Notes under the pieces: generated by a model
Seen by the model: the letters and a program-made list of their open reading frames with translations, nothing else
Told to the model about the DNA's origin: nothing
The model's database searches: none
Made by a program: the position numbers and the translations under genes
DNA from: Nitrospirota bacterium
GTDB lineage: Bacteria; Nitrospirota; UBA9217
DNA: 64,000 bases
Assembly (NCBI GenBank): GCA_963751455.1
Contig: CAVVUN010000012.1
Location: forward strand, 384,001 to 448,000
Reading direction: 5' to 3'
Shown: positions 23,223 through 32,519 of the stretch, piece after piece
How the letters are laid out: every line of letters starts with the position of its first letter
Position numbering within the stretch: the first letter of the stretch is position 1

Positions 23223-24376
23223 ATGAAAACAGAACTTACAGAAAGGCTTTCAGCCGAACGCCGGTCAACCGGACCGGAAGAATATACGAAGGCCATGCTC
23301 AACATCCTCGAGGACTTCTCGGTCGAAAAAACGCGGATGGAAGAGACGCAGCGGGCCATTTTCAATATCCTGAACGATTTCACCGAGGAAAAGGAGCGGC
23401 TGGAGGAAACGCACCGGGCTGTGCTTAATATCCTTGACGACTTCGCAGATGAAAAGACCCGGCTCGAGGATGCGCAGCGGGCCGTGCTGAATATTCTGCA
23501 GGATTCCTCGGAGGAAAAGTCCCGGCTCGAAGAGGTCCGGAAAGCCATGCTGAACCTTCTGGAGGATTTTGACGTGGAACGGACCCGCACCGAAGCGGCA
23601 AACACGGAACTCCGGGACGCGCTGGCTTCGGCGCGAAGCGCAAAAGAAGCCGCCGACGCCGCCAATACGCGAACTGCAGGCATTCAGCTATTCCATTTCT
23701 CATGATCTCCGCGCCCCGTTGCGGGCCATGGACGGCTTCAGCCAGGCGCTGCTCGAGGATTATTACGATGTCCTGGATGAAGGCGGGAAGGATTATTTGC
23801 GCAGGGTGCGGACCGCGAGTCAGAGAATGGCGCAGCTCATAGATGCCCTGCTGAAACTCTCGCGCCTGACCAGGGGTGAATTGAATATTGTACCGGTCGA
23901 TCTTTCGACCATGGCCCGCGGCATACTATCCGAGCTGCAGAGGTCTTATCCGGACAGGCAGGTTGCTTTCCGGGTGGCCGAAGGCATTACTGCAAAAGCG
24001 GACGCAAATCTCATCAAGGTCGTCCTTGAAAATCTGCTCGGGAACGCCTGGAAGTTCACGGCCAAAATAAAGGACGCTGTTGATCGAATTCGGGACCGTG
24101 GAACTGGAGGGCGCCACAGTCCTGTTCATCCGGGACAACGGGGTCGGGTTCGATATGAAATATGCGGACAAGCTCTTCGGCACGTTTCAGCGCCTTCACT
24201 CGGAAAGCGAGTTTCCCGGCACGGGAATCGGGCTGTCGATTATTCATCGCATCATTACCCGGCACGGAGGGAGTGTGTGCGCGCATGCAATCCCCGGCAA
24301 GGGCGCGACATTCTTTTTCAGCATGGAGAGCCCGGTGCTGAAGGAAGGCTGCGTGAAGGTGCGAACAGCGGCGTGA
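23223..24376 (+). CDS. Soluble histidine kinase with five N-terminal 21-aa helical repeats (two apparent frameshifts, ~23667 and ~24082)
   Basis: Fragments join as repeats - [19 protein letters not shown] (H-box) - [11 protein letters not shown] (N-box) - [19 protein letters not shown]. Confidence 0.87.
23292..23606 (+). repeat. 63-bp (21 aa) repeat x5, consensus A(M/V)LNILxDFxxEKxRLEExxR
   Basis: Directly visible in the 23223-23705 translation. Confidence 0.9.
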
Positions 24377-24385
24377 AATAGAAAA

Positions 24386-24497
24386 CGCAGAGAGCGTGGC
24401 GCATAGAGCATAGCGTAAAGATTTGCCATGCTCCACTTGCACCCAGCCGCCAACGAGTGCGGAGCGCGAGTGCAGTGTGTGCCCTATGCGCTATGCG
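24386..24497. repeat. Heptamer palindrome with embedded GCACCCAGC...CGAGTGCAG-GTGTGC hairpin (24439-24482)
   Basis: gcatagagcatagcg ... gccatgctcc ... ccctatgcgctatgcg between the kinase and the response regulator. Confidence 0.7.
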
Positions 24498-24508
24498 AGG
24501 TTTTAATC

Positions 24509-24952
24509 ATGATACCTGAAAAAATAATTCTGCTTGTAGAAGACAATCCTGACGACATAGAGCTTACTCTCCGGGCGTTTCGGAAGACAAATATGGGAAA
24601 CCGGATCGTAGTGGCGAAGGACGGGGTCGAAGCGCTTGATTACCTGTTCAGAAGGGGGCAGTGGGAAGGCAGAGGGACCGAGACGGACCCTATACTAACG
24701 CTGCTCGATCTGAAGCTTCCCAGAATAGACGGGCTGGAGGTGCTGCGCCAGGTGCGTTCAGACCCGCGAACAAAGCTTCTGCCCGTCATCGTCATGACGT
24801 CCTCGGTAGAGGAACTGGACGTTATTCACAGCTATGATCTCGGCGCAAACAGCTATATTCACAAGCCGGTCAATATGCAGCAGTTCGTCGAAGCGATCAG
24901 GGAGCTCGGCCTGTACTGGCTGGTCCTGAACGTCCCGCCGATGGCGGCGTGA
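24509..24952 (+). CDS. Single-domain response regulator (Rcp1-like)
   Basis: MIPEKIILLVEDNPDD, LLDLKLPRIDG, MTSS, GANSYIHKPV, YWLVLN. The longer ORF start lies in repeat DNA. Confidence 0.92.
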   Translation: MIPEKIILLVEDNPDDIELTLRAFRKTNMGNRIVVAKDGVEALDYLFRRGQWEGRGTETDPILTLLDLKLPRIDGLEVLRQVRSDPRTKLLPVIVMTSSVEELDVIHSYDLGANSYIHKPVNMQQFVEAIRELGLYWLVLNVPPMAA

Positions 24953-24992
24953 TAGATACAGTGCGGAGTGCGGGACAAAATCACTATGCATT

Positions 24993-25118
24993 TGCGTCCC
25001 TCGTCCATCGTTTCTCATCCTCGTCCTTATCCTTTATTCGTTGCGTCCCTCGCCCATCGTCCTCTCGTGCCTCTCCTTCCCTTTACGCTATGCGCCATGC
25101 CCTATGCGCTATGCGCCA
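24993..25118. repeat. Heptamer repeats (cgtccct/cgtccat and gctatgc/gccatgc types) at a convergent gene junction
   Basis: Tandem 7-mers. The stop codon of the 25102-27174 gene lies inside them. Confidence 0.7.
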
Positions 25119-27174
25119 TCATTTCCCTGAACCGGTCGGCCGGCACCGGCTTGCTGAACAGAAATCCCTGGGCCTCGTCGCAGTTCAGCCCGCGCAGAAA
25201 CGTCAGCTGCCCGTCCTGCTCCACTCCCTCGGCAACCACTTTCAGCTTCATGGAATGGGCCATAAGCAGGACCGCGGTGATGATGGCGCGATCGTCTGAA
25301 TCGGTTGCAATGTCCTGGATAAACGACTTATCGATCTTCAGTTTCCCGATCGGCAGCCGCTTCAAATAATTCAAAGAAGAGTAGCCTGTGCCGAAATCGT
25401 CGATCGAGACGCGGACTCCCATTTCCGCCAGCTCATTGAGACGCGCAATCGTGTTTTCGATGTTTTCCATGGCAACGCTCTCGGTTATCTCGATTTCGAG
25501 GCATCCCGGCGCAATTCCTGTTTCCTCGAGGACTCGCGCGATCCTTGTTATCAGGTCCCGGTCCTGAAATCTCCTGGCGGAAAGGTTTACCGTAATACAG
25601 ACGTGCGGCATGCCCTGCTCGATCCACGACTTGATCTGGATGCCTACGTTCTGCAGGACCCACTCATCGATGTCCGGCATGAAGCCGATGTCTTCAGCTG
25701 AACCGAAAAACTGTCGCGGCAGCAGAAGACCCCTCTGGGGATGCTGCCAGCGCAGGAGCGCTTCCGCGGAAACCAGCTTTCCTGTTTTGACGTCCACGAG
25801 AGGCTGGAAGTAGAGCCGGAATTCATTATTATCGATCGCCTGCCGCAGACTATTTTCGAATTGTATGCGCTCGATAGACCGGGTATTGATGACCGGGTTA
25901 TAGAATTGATAATTGTTGCGGCCCCTGTCCTTGGCATGGTACATGGCGATGTCCGCATACCGGAGCAGCGTGTCCGCTTCTTTGCCGTCATGCGGATAGA
26001 TGCTGATTCCGATGCTGCCGGACACGTTCAGCTCGTGGCCGTTGATCAGGAACGGTTTCCGGATTTCGGACATTATCTTCTGCGCAACTTCGGCGGCATA
26101 TTCGGCGCGTGTTATGTCCGGGATAATCAGGTTGAACTCGTCTCCCCCGATCCGGGCCACCGTATCCGAAACCCTGATAACGGACTTCAGTCGTGCCGCT
26201 GTCTCGTTCAGCAGCTCATCCCCGGCTTCATGTCCCAAGGTGTCGTTGATCTCCTTGAACCGGTCGAGATCCAGAAAAAATACTGCCAGTCTTCTCCCGT
26301 GCCGGCGCGCCTGGGCGAGCTCGACGCTGATGATTTCCCTGAAAAGACGCCTGTTCGGCAAGCCGGTAAGTTCATCATGCTGGGCCAGGTGTTTGACCTC
26401 TTCTTCCAGGCGTTTCCGTTCGGTAATGTCATGAAAGAAGGTTGCGACATACCCCCTCTCGGGACAATAGGCATATACTTCAAACCATCTGCCCGACAGT
26501 CTGCTGTACTGTTCGAAATGACGCGGCTCGCAGCTCTCGGAAAGAAGCCCGCAAACATCGGCCCAGGACGGCTCCATGTCGGAGCTCACTTCCCCCGCCG
26601 TCTTTCCCCTCGCGTTTTGGATGGAAATGCCGGTCAGCCGTTCCCAGGCGGTGTTTACATCGAGGTAACGAAGATCGTACGCGTTTCCCCCGGAATCGAG
26701 GACCATCTCACAGCGGGCAAACGCTTCGGTCATTGAATCGAACAGACCGCGGTATTTCTCCTCGTTCTCCCGTAAAGCTTCGGTCGCGCGTTTCCGTTCG
26801 ATGGCATACCGGATTGAGCGGACAAGACTGTCCCTGTCCATCCGTCCTTTCGTGAGATAATCCTGCACCTCCATCTGCAGCGCCTTTACAGCCAGCTCCT
26901 CGTCATTCATGCCGGTAAGAACGATGATCGGCACACCGGGAAATTGCGAGTGCACATTCTGAACCGTTTCTATCCCCTGGCTGTCCGGGAGTCCGAGGTC
27001 CAGGAGCACGATATCGAAGCGCTGCTGCCGCAGGAAGGCAAGCCCGTCCGACAGCCGCTTCGCATGAAAAAATGAGAACCGCTGCTCTGGAACCTCGCCC
27101 AGCATTTCGCTGATCAGCACCGCATCTTCGATGCTGTCTTCAATCGCAAGTACGTTAATATTTGCAGTGTTCAT
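25102..27174 (-). CDS. REC-PAS-GGDEF-EAL response regulator
   Basis: IEDS, LLDLGLPDS, LTG, YLTK, PAS, RVSD-GGDEF, AEALLRW, DDFGTGYSS. Confidence 0.93.
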   Translation of the reverse strand: MNTANINVLAIEDSIEDAVLISEMLGEVPEQRFSFFHAKRLSDGLAFLRQQRFDIVLLDLGLPDSQGIETVQNVHSQFPGVPIIVLTGMNDEELAVKALQMEVQDYLTKGRMDRDSLVRSIRYAIERKRATEALRENEEKYRGLFDSMTEAFARCEMVLDSGGNAYDLRYLDVNTAWERLTGISIQNARGKTAGEVSSDMEPSWADVCGLLSESCEPRHFEQYSRLSGRWFEVYAYCPERGYVATFFHDITERKRLEEEVKHLAQHDELTGLPNRRLFREIISVELAQARRHGRRLAVFFLDLDRFKEINDTLGHEAGDELLNETAARLKSVIRVSDTVARIGGDEFNLIIPDITRAEYAAEVAQKIMSEIRKPFLINGHELNVSGSIGISIYPHDGKEADTLLRYADIAMYHAKDRGRNNYQFYNPVINTRSIERIQFENSLRQAIDNNEFRLYFQPLVDVKTGKLVSAEALLRWQHPQRGLLLPRQFFGSAEDIGFMPDIDEWVLQNVGIQIKSWIEQGMPHVCITVNLSARRFQDRDLITRIARVLEETGIAPGCLEIEITESVAMENIENTIARLNELAEMGVRVSIDDFGTGYSSLNYLKRLPIGKLKIDKSFIQDIATDSDDRAIITAVLLMAHSMKLKVVAEGVEQDGQLTFLRGLNCDEAQGFLFSKPVPADRFREMMAHSA

Positions 27175-27190
27175 CTTCTTTTAGTTCCCT

Positions 27191-27421
27191 GCACACCCTG
27201 CACTCGTTCATGGCCGCGTTTTCGCAAGAGCAGGCTACGCTGCGCACAATACTTCGACTCATTGTCGTACCATCTCGCTGAGAATCGCGAGACGGGAATC
27301 GAGGGCCTCGTTGGCGCTGGGTGCAGGTAGCGCATGGAGCATGGCGTTAAAACCGTTTACCGCGTTTACCGCTTGTGCGTCTTTACTCTTTCGCTCTGCG
27401 CTATGCGCCATGCGCTATGCG
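27191..27421. repeat. Heptamer palindrome (27329-27421) plus a minus-strand copy of the GCACCCAGCGCCAACGAG...CGAGTGCAGGGTGTGC element with a ~100 bp loop
   Basis: Arms at 27307-27324 and 27191-27206 match those at 14047-14088 and 24439-24482. Confidence 0.72.
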
Positions 27422-27424
27422 TTT

Positions 27425-29485
27425 CTATTTGCGCAGCAATTCCCCTATTTCATCAGCGCCGACCGGCTCGCTGAAAAGAAAACCCTGCATTTCATCGCAC
27501 TGATTGGACCGCAGGAAAGAGAGCTGCTCGCGCGTTTCCACTCCCTCGGCGATCACGATCAATTTCATCTGATGGCCCAGGGCGATTACCGCGTTGACGA
27601 TGGCCTGATCGTCGGGGTCCCCGGGAACTCCCCGTATGAAGGACTGGTCTATCTTCAGTTTTTTTACGGGAAACCGCTTGAGGTAGCTGAGCGAGGAGTA
27701 TCCTGTTCCGAAATCATCGATCGCGATATTGACTCCCATCTCGTGCAAGCCTTTCAGCTTCGGAACAGCCAGGTCGATATCGCGCATCGCGGTGCTTTCC
27801 GTGATCTCGATCTCGAAATAGCCGGGATCCAGACGGGATTTCCGCAATATACCAGATACCAGGTCCAGCAAAGCCGGATCATGAAATTTTTCCGAAGAGA
27901 GATTCACGCTCATGCATAGTTTCGACAGAGCGCCGTCATGCCACTCTTTAAGCTGGAAAGAGGCGGTTTTCATGACCCATTCGTCTATCATGGTGATAAA
28001 TCCCATTTCTTCCGCTATCGGTACAAACTGGGAAGGATTCAAGAGACCCAGCCTCGGGTGCTTCCATCGCACGAGCGCTTCGAAGCCGATGATCTTCCCC
28101 GTCCGGATGCTTACCTGCGGCTGATAGTGGAGACTGAGTTCGTTGCGCTCGATGGATTGCCGCAAGTCGCTCTCCAGCAGCAGCCTCTCGACAGTCCGTA
28201 TGTTGATCTCCGGGTTGAAGAACTGATAATTGTTCCTTCCGTGCTTCTTGGCTGCGGAAACGGCGATGTCCGCGTATTTGAGCAGGACATCCGGATTTTC
28301 ACCGTCCTCGGGAGACATGCTTATGCCGATGCTCGCCGTCGCGTACAGTGTGTGACCGTTCGTGTTCAGTGGTTCGCGCATCGCCGCGATGAGCGTGCGC
28401 GCAAACACGGCCGCATCCTCCGGCCGGTCGAGGTCGGCAAGCAGGATCATGAATTCATCCCCTCCGGTGCGCGCCAGTGTATCGCTTTCACGGACAAGGT
28501 CCTTGAGCTTCCCGGCAACCTGCCGGATGACCATGTCGCCCATTGCGTGGCCGAGCGATTCGTTGATTGCCCTGAAGCGGTCAAGGTCGAGGTGCAGGAC
28601 AGCAACTTGTTTTTGATTGCGTTTCGCCTGGGCCAGCTCGAGGCCGATCTTGAGCATGAGCTGCGCCCTGTTCGGCAGACCGGTAAGCATATCATGGTAT
28701 GCCTGGTACTTGATGGTCTCCTCAGCCTTCTTCAGTTCGGTGACGTCCTCTGCGAGAGCGAGCCGCGCAGCCCTGCCTTTGAACAGGACATCGTTCGTCG
28801 TAATATTGACGTCGATTACGCTCCCGTCCTTTCTTCTGTGTTTCCAGATGCCGGAGTACCTCAACGGAGCTGACGTCTCCTTCCCGGCAATCAGGAGACG
28901 GGGCAGCTCCTCGGGCTGATGAATATCTTTCAAACTCATGCCGAGGAACTCTTCCCTCGAATACCCGTAATGCTGAATGGCCGCGTTGTTGACCGCCAGA
29001 AATGAAAGGGATTCCCTGCAATAGACCCACATCGGCAAGGGGTTGGATTCGAACAGAACGCGGTACTGCTCCTCGGAACTCCGCAGCTCTTCGAGTATTC
29101 GTTTCCTTTCCATGGTGTAACGGATGGTTCGGACGAGCAGCGTCCGGTCGATCTGGGCTTTAATAAGGTATTCATCCGCACCGGAATGGATCGCCTTCAC
29201 TGCAAACTCCTCGTCGCTAAGGCCTGTCAGGATTATTATGGGCACATGGGCATTCTGTTTTCTTGCTCTCAGCAGAGTCTGCATTCCCTGGCTGTCGGGA
29301 AGCCCGAGATCGAGCAGGACCGCGTCGAAGCGTTTTCCGTCCAGATATGAGAGTCCCTCCGAAAGCCGACCGGCGTGCATAATGGAAATCACCGGGTTCC
29401 GCTCTTCCGACAGCAACTCCGAAAGATATTCAGCGTCCGGAAGATTGTCCTCAATCAGAAGAATCTCAAGCGTATTGTTCTTCAC
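27425..29485 (-). CDS. REC-PAS-GGDEF-EAL response regulator
   Basis: GGAG RBS then GTG at 29485 (VKNNTLEILLIEDN). LLDLGLPDS, PAS, RESD-GGDEF, FEALVRW, DDFGTGYSS. Confidence 0.92.
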   Translation of the reverse strand: MKNNTLEILLIEDNLPDAEYLSELLSEERNPVISIMHAGRLSEGLSYLDGKRFDAVLLDLGLPDSQGMQTLLRARKQNAHVPIIILTGLSDEEFAVKAIHSGADEYLIKAQIDRTLLVRTIRYTMERKRILEELRSSEEQYRVLFESNPLPMWVYCRESLSFLAVNNAAIQHYGYSREEFLGMSLKDIHQPEELPRLLIAGKETSAPLRYSGIWKHRRKDGSVIDVNITTNDVLFKGRAARLALAEDVTELKKAEETIKYQAYHDMLTGLPNRAQLMLKIGLELAQAKRNQKQVAVLHLDLDRFRAINESLGHAMGDMVIRQVAGKLKDLVRESDTLARTGGDEFMILLADLDRPEDAAVFARTLIAAMREPLNTNGHTLYATASIGISMSPEDGENPDVLLKYADIAVSAAKKHGRNNYQFFNPEINIRTVERLLLESDLRQSIERNELSLHYQPQVSIRTGKIIGFEALVRWKHPRLGLLNPSQFVPIAEEMGFITMIDEWVMKTASFQLKEWHDGALSKLCMSVNLSSEKFHDPALLDLVSGILRKSRLDPGYFEIEITESTAMRDIDLAVPKLKGLHEMGVNIAIDDFGTGYSSLSYLKRFPVKKLKIDQSFIRGVPGDPDDQAIVNAVIALGHQMKLIVIAEGVETREQLSFLRSNQCDEMQGFLFSEPVGADEIGELLRK

Positions 29486-29500
29486 AGATGACTCCAACAC

Positions 29501-29598
29501 GGCAGAGCGCATGGAGCATGGCGCATAGCGTTTAAAACCGTTTGCCGCTTTGCGCTTTATGCTTTACGCTATGCGCTATGCGCTTTGCTCTATGCGCC
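29501..29598. repeat. Heptamer palindrome (gcagagc gcatgga gcatggc gcatagc ... gctatgc gctatgc gctttgc tctatgc)
   Basis: Closely resembles 27329-27421, including the taaaaccgttt spacer start. Confidence 0.8.
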
Positions 29599-30057
29599 CC
29601 GCGCCTTCTCCTTCGGCGGCAGCTTCACGATGTTGAACCAGAATTCCTCTATGTTCTTTACAACCTGAAAGAACTGGCTCAGCCGGACCGGCTTGGTCAC
29701 ATAGCAGTTCGCGGGAAGATTGTAACTCTTCACAATATCTTCCTCGGATTTCGAGGTCGTGATCACGACAACCGGTATGCGCTTCAGTTCGGGATCGTTT
29801 TTGATCTCTGCCAGAACTTCCCGGCCGTCCTTCTTTGGAAGATTGAGGTCCAGCATTATCAGGTCCGGGCGGGGAGCGTCACGATGCTTGCCTCTTCGGT
29901 AGAGAAAATCCAAAGCTTCGTCCCCGTTGCCCGCCACGTACAGCTTGTTCAGCATTTTTTCTTCCTGGAGCGCCTCCTCCATGAGCAGCACGTCCGCCGG
30001 GTTGTCCTCAACAAGCAGGATCTCGATCGACTGCTCGGTTGTCGTATTTTGTATCAT
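29590..30057 (-). CDS. Single-domain response regulator (Rcp1-like)
   Basis: GAGGAGG RBS, MIQNTTTEQSIEILLVEDNPAD, MLDLNLPKKDG, TTS, ANCYVTKPV, FWFNIVKLP. Confidence 0.92.
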   Translation of the reverse strand: MIQNTTTEQSIEILLVEDNPADVLLMEEALQEEKMLNKLYVAGNGDEALDFLYRRGKHRDAPRPDLIMLDLNLPKKDGREVLAEIKNDPELKRIPVVVITTSKSEEDIVKSYNLPANCYVTKPVRLSQFFQVVKNIEEFWFNIVKLPPKEKARGA

Positions 30058-30074
30058 GCCTCCTCCTCTGACGT

Positions 30075-30186
30075 CGCATAGCGCATGGGGCATGGCGCAT
30101 AGTTCATTTCGAGAATACCTCCTAACCTCCCTTTTCCAAAGGGAGGCATTTCCCATCTTTCGCAAAGAGGGGTTAGGGGAGATTTT
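30075..30186. repeat. Heptamer half-element plus REP-like palindrome (ctcctaacctcccttttccaaagggagg...aaagaggggttaggggag)
   Basis: Inverted arms visible. A related short ccctctccc...gggagaggg hairpin is at 19800-19827. Confidence 0.6.
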
Positions 30187-30350
30187 ATAAAAACATGTTC
30201 AGATTATTTGAGACCATTAAATAAGTCGTTCAGTTGTAACGACTACTCAACCACTGACTATTTACCACTCAACGCGTAAATAATATTTACCCTTTGCGTA
30301 TGCTCCACGGCGGGAGGTGGACTGCTAAGGGCGGGATGCGCTATACGTCC

Positions 30351-32387
30351 TTACCGCGCCGGCATCGTAAAATAGAAACTGGACCCCTCTCCCGGCTTGG
30401 CTTCCGCCCAAATTCGTCCGCCGTGCCGTTCCACGATTTTCCTGCAGATGGCGAGCCCGATGCCGGTGCCGGGGTATTCCTCCCGGCTGTGCAGACGCTG
30501 GAATATTGTGAAGATACGGTCATAGAAACCGGGATCGATGCCGATGCCGTTGTCATGCACGCCGAACACCCATTCTTTGCCTTTGGACGCCGCGGAAACA
30601 CGGATCTGTGGCTGTTCGCCTTTCCTCCTGAATTTAATGGCGTTACTGATAAGGTTTTGCATGAGTTGAACCAGCTGAGAGTCGTCGCCGTACAGGACCG
30701 GCAGTTCCTTGAAATCGATCACCGCCTTGCTCTCTTCTATGGACATCTTCAGATTGGCAATCGCCTGCCTGAGTATCTCTTCCATATTTACCGGAGCAAA
30801 TTCCTTTCCTTTTGTTCCGGCCCTTGAATATGTCAGAAGATCGTTAATCAATACAGACATGCGGTTCGCCCCATCAACCGCGAAGGAGATGTACTTGTCG
30901 GCTTTTTCATCGAGCTTCCCGGAGTATTTCCGGGAAAGGAGCTGCAGGAAACTCGCGACCGTTCGGAGCGGCTCCAGCAGGTCATGAGAGGCCGCATAGG
31001 CGAAGTGCTGAAGCTCCTTGTTCGAGCGCTCGAGCTCGGCCAGGGTCTTCTTCAGCTCCTCCTCTGCCAGCTTGCGCTGCGTTATATTCCGCACGATCCC
31101 TATTGAATTCCATTTATCTTTCAGTTTTATGGCGGCAAGCGAGAGCTCCACGGGGAATTCCGTTCCATCCTTTCTTTGCGCCTCGATTTCGTAGGTCTTT
31201 CCTATAAATTTGCCGTGGCCGGTCGCCTTGAAGGCCTCAAAGCCGCGTACATGATCCAGTCTATAGCGCTCCGGCATGATAAAATTATGAAGGTTTTTGC
31301 CGATCATCTCTTCACTGGTATATCCGAACATGTTTGTTGCGGCATCGTTCCAGAACCCGACGGTCCCTTCATTATTGATCAGGATGACCGCATCCTGCGC
31401 CGCAGAGGCGATATTGCGGAACTTGCTTTCGCTCTCCCTGAGCGCGTCTTCGGCCATTATCCGGTCCGTAATATCGTTAAAAACGGCGACACCCGCAATG
31501 ATCCGGTCCCGCACATCTCGAATCGGCGCCGCACTTACACTGATCACCCCGGCATCGCCGTTTTCCCGGGTGATCCTGATCTCTTCCCCGGTGATAATCT
31601 CGCCTTTGCGGATGGAGCGCGTAAGCGGCCATTCCTCAAGCTCATAGGGCCTTCCATCATGATGAAATCCTTTATAGCGATCATATTCAGCGCTTTCGGC
31701 GGCTTTGAGGAACGGATGTCCCAGGATCCGCTCGAGCTGCTCGTTTCCACGGATCAATTTTCCGGACGGCGCTTCGGCGATGAGGACCCCCGCCGGCATT
31801 TCCTCCAGCACCGCATTGAACCGGCCGCGCTCTTCCTGCGCCTGTTCCAGCAGCCGGTCGCGTTCCTCGATAAGCCGGGCATTTTCCAGGGCCAAAGACA
31901 GCAGCGCAGCGGCACGTTCGGCGAACTCGATCTCGATATCGGGAAATTTCATTTTCGGAGACAGGTAATGGAAAAAGAGGGAACCGATTATCCTTTCTTT
32001 TACGGTCAGGGGAACCGCGAGGAGGGACCGGATGCCGAAATCTCTCAATACGGGGCCGGTCATTTCATCGCTGAACACATCACTGATTGCAACCGGTTTT
32101 TTGTTGTCCGGTGCGGCACCTGCAAATACCGCTTTCTCGTCCGCAAATGATTTGACGATCAGCTCTTGCGGCAGCAGATGGCTGTATCTGATCACCCAGG
32201 CGCCGTCTTCACGCGCCGCGATTCCGGCCGAGTCGCTTCCGAGAGCTTTCGTTGCCTCCATCAGGACCCGGTGTACGATCTCTTCGAAGTCGAGGGATGA
32301 ATTCACCATTGACGCAATATTGATCAGCGAGCTGCTCAGCCCCTGTTCTCTCACCAATTCGGAAACTCTTTCTTCACATGTGTCCAT
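30351..32387 (-). CDS. GAF-PAS-PAS histidine kinase
   Basis: ASHDLLEPLR H-box, QNLISNAIKF, DNGIGI, GTGIGL. The second PAS is FixL-like (IMPERYRLDH). Start set to the ATG at 32387 after GAGG. Confidence 0.92.
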   Translation of the reverse strand: MDTCEERVSELVREQGLSSSLINIASMVNSSLDFEEIVHRVLMEATKALGSDSAGIAAREDGAWVIRYSHLLPQELIVKSFADEKAVFAGAAPDNKKPVAISDVFSDEMTGPVLRDFGIRSLLAVPLTVKERIIGSLFFHYLSPKMKFPDIEIEFAERAAALLSLALENARLIEERDRLLEQAQEERGRFNAVLEEMPAGVLIAEAPSGKLIRGNEQLERILGHPFLKAAESAEYDRYKGFHHDGRPYELEEWPLTRSIRKGEIITGEEIRITRENGDAGVISVSAAPIRDVRDRIIAGVAVFNDITDRIMAEDALRESESKFRNIASAAQDAVILINNEGTVGFWNDAATNMFGYTSEEMIGKNLHNFIMPERYRLDHVRGFEAFKATGHGKFIGKTYEIEAQRKDGTEFPVELSLAAIKLKDKWNSIGIVRNITQRKLAEEELKKTLAELERSNKELQHFAYAASHDLLEPLRTVASFLQLLSRKYSGKLDEKADKYISFAVDGANRMSVLINDLLTYSRAGTKGKEFAPVNMEEILRQAIANLKMSIEESKAVIDFKELPVLYGDDSQLVQLMQNLISNAIKFRRKGEQPQIRVSAASKGKEWVFGVHDNGIGIDPGFYDRIFTIFQRLHSREEYPGTGIGLAICRKIVERHGGRIWAEAKPGEGSSFYFTMPAR

Positions 32388-32519
32388 CGGAACCTCAATA
32401 CGGTAAATTTCAAATTGAAATACCAAGTCACGAATAAATCCAGCTTCTCAAAAAAACCCTTGTTCAAAAGGCTTCGAATTTAAGTGTTTATTTGAAATAA
32501 GCTGCTTTAAATTTCGTAT

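Noticed and set aside
20487-23606. 351-bp and 63-bp repeats as a CRISPR array or DGR template/variable repeats
   Set aside because: Units are in-frame coding repeats with no unique spacers and no adenine-specific variation, and no cas or reverse transcriptase gene is present.
13885-30186. Intergenic palindromes as integron attC sites
   Set aside because: No consistent RYYYAAC/GTTRRRY ends, no integrase, and the genes lie in both orientations.
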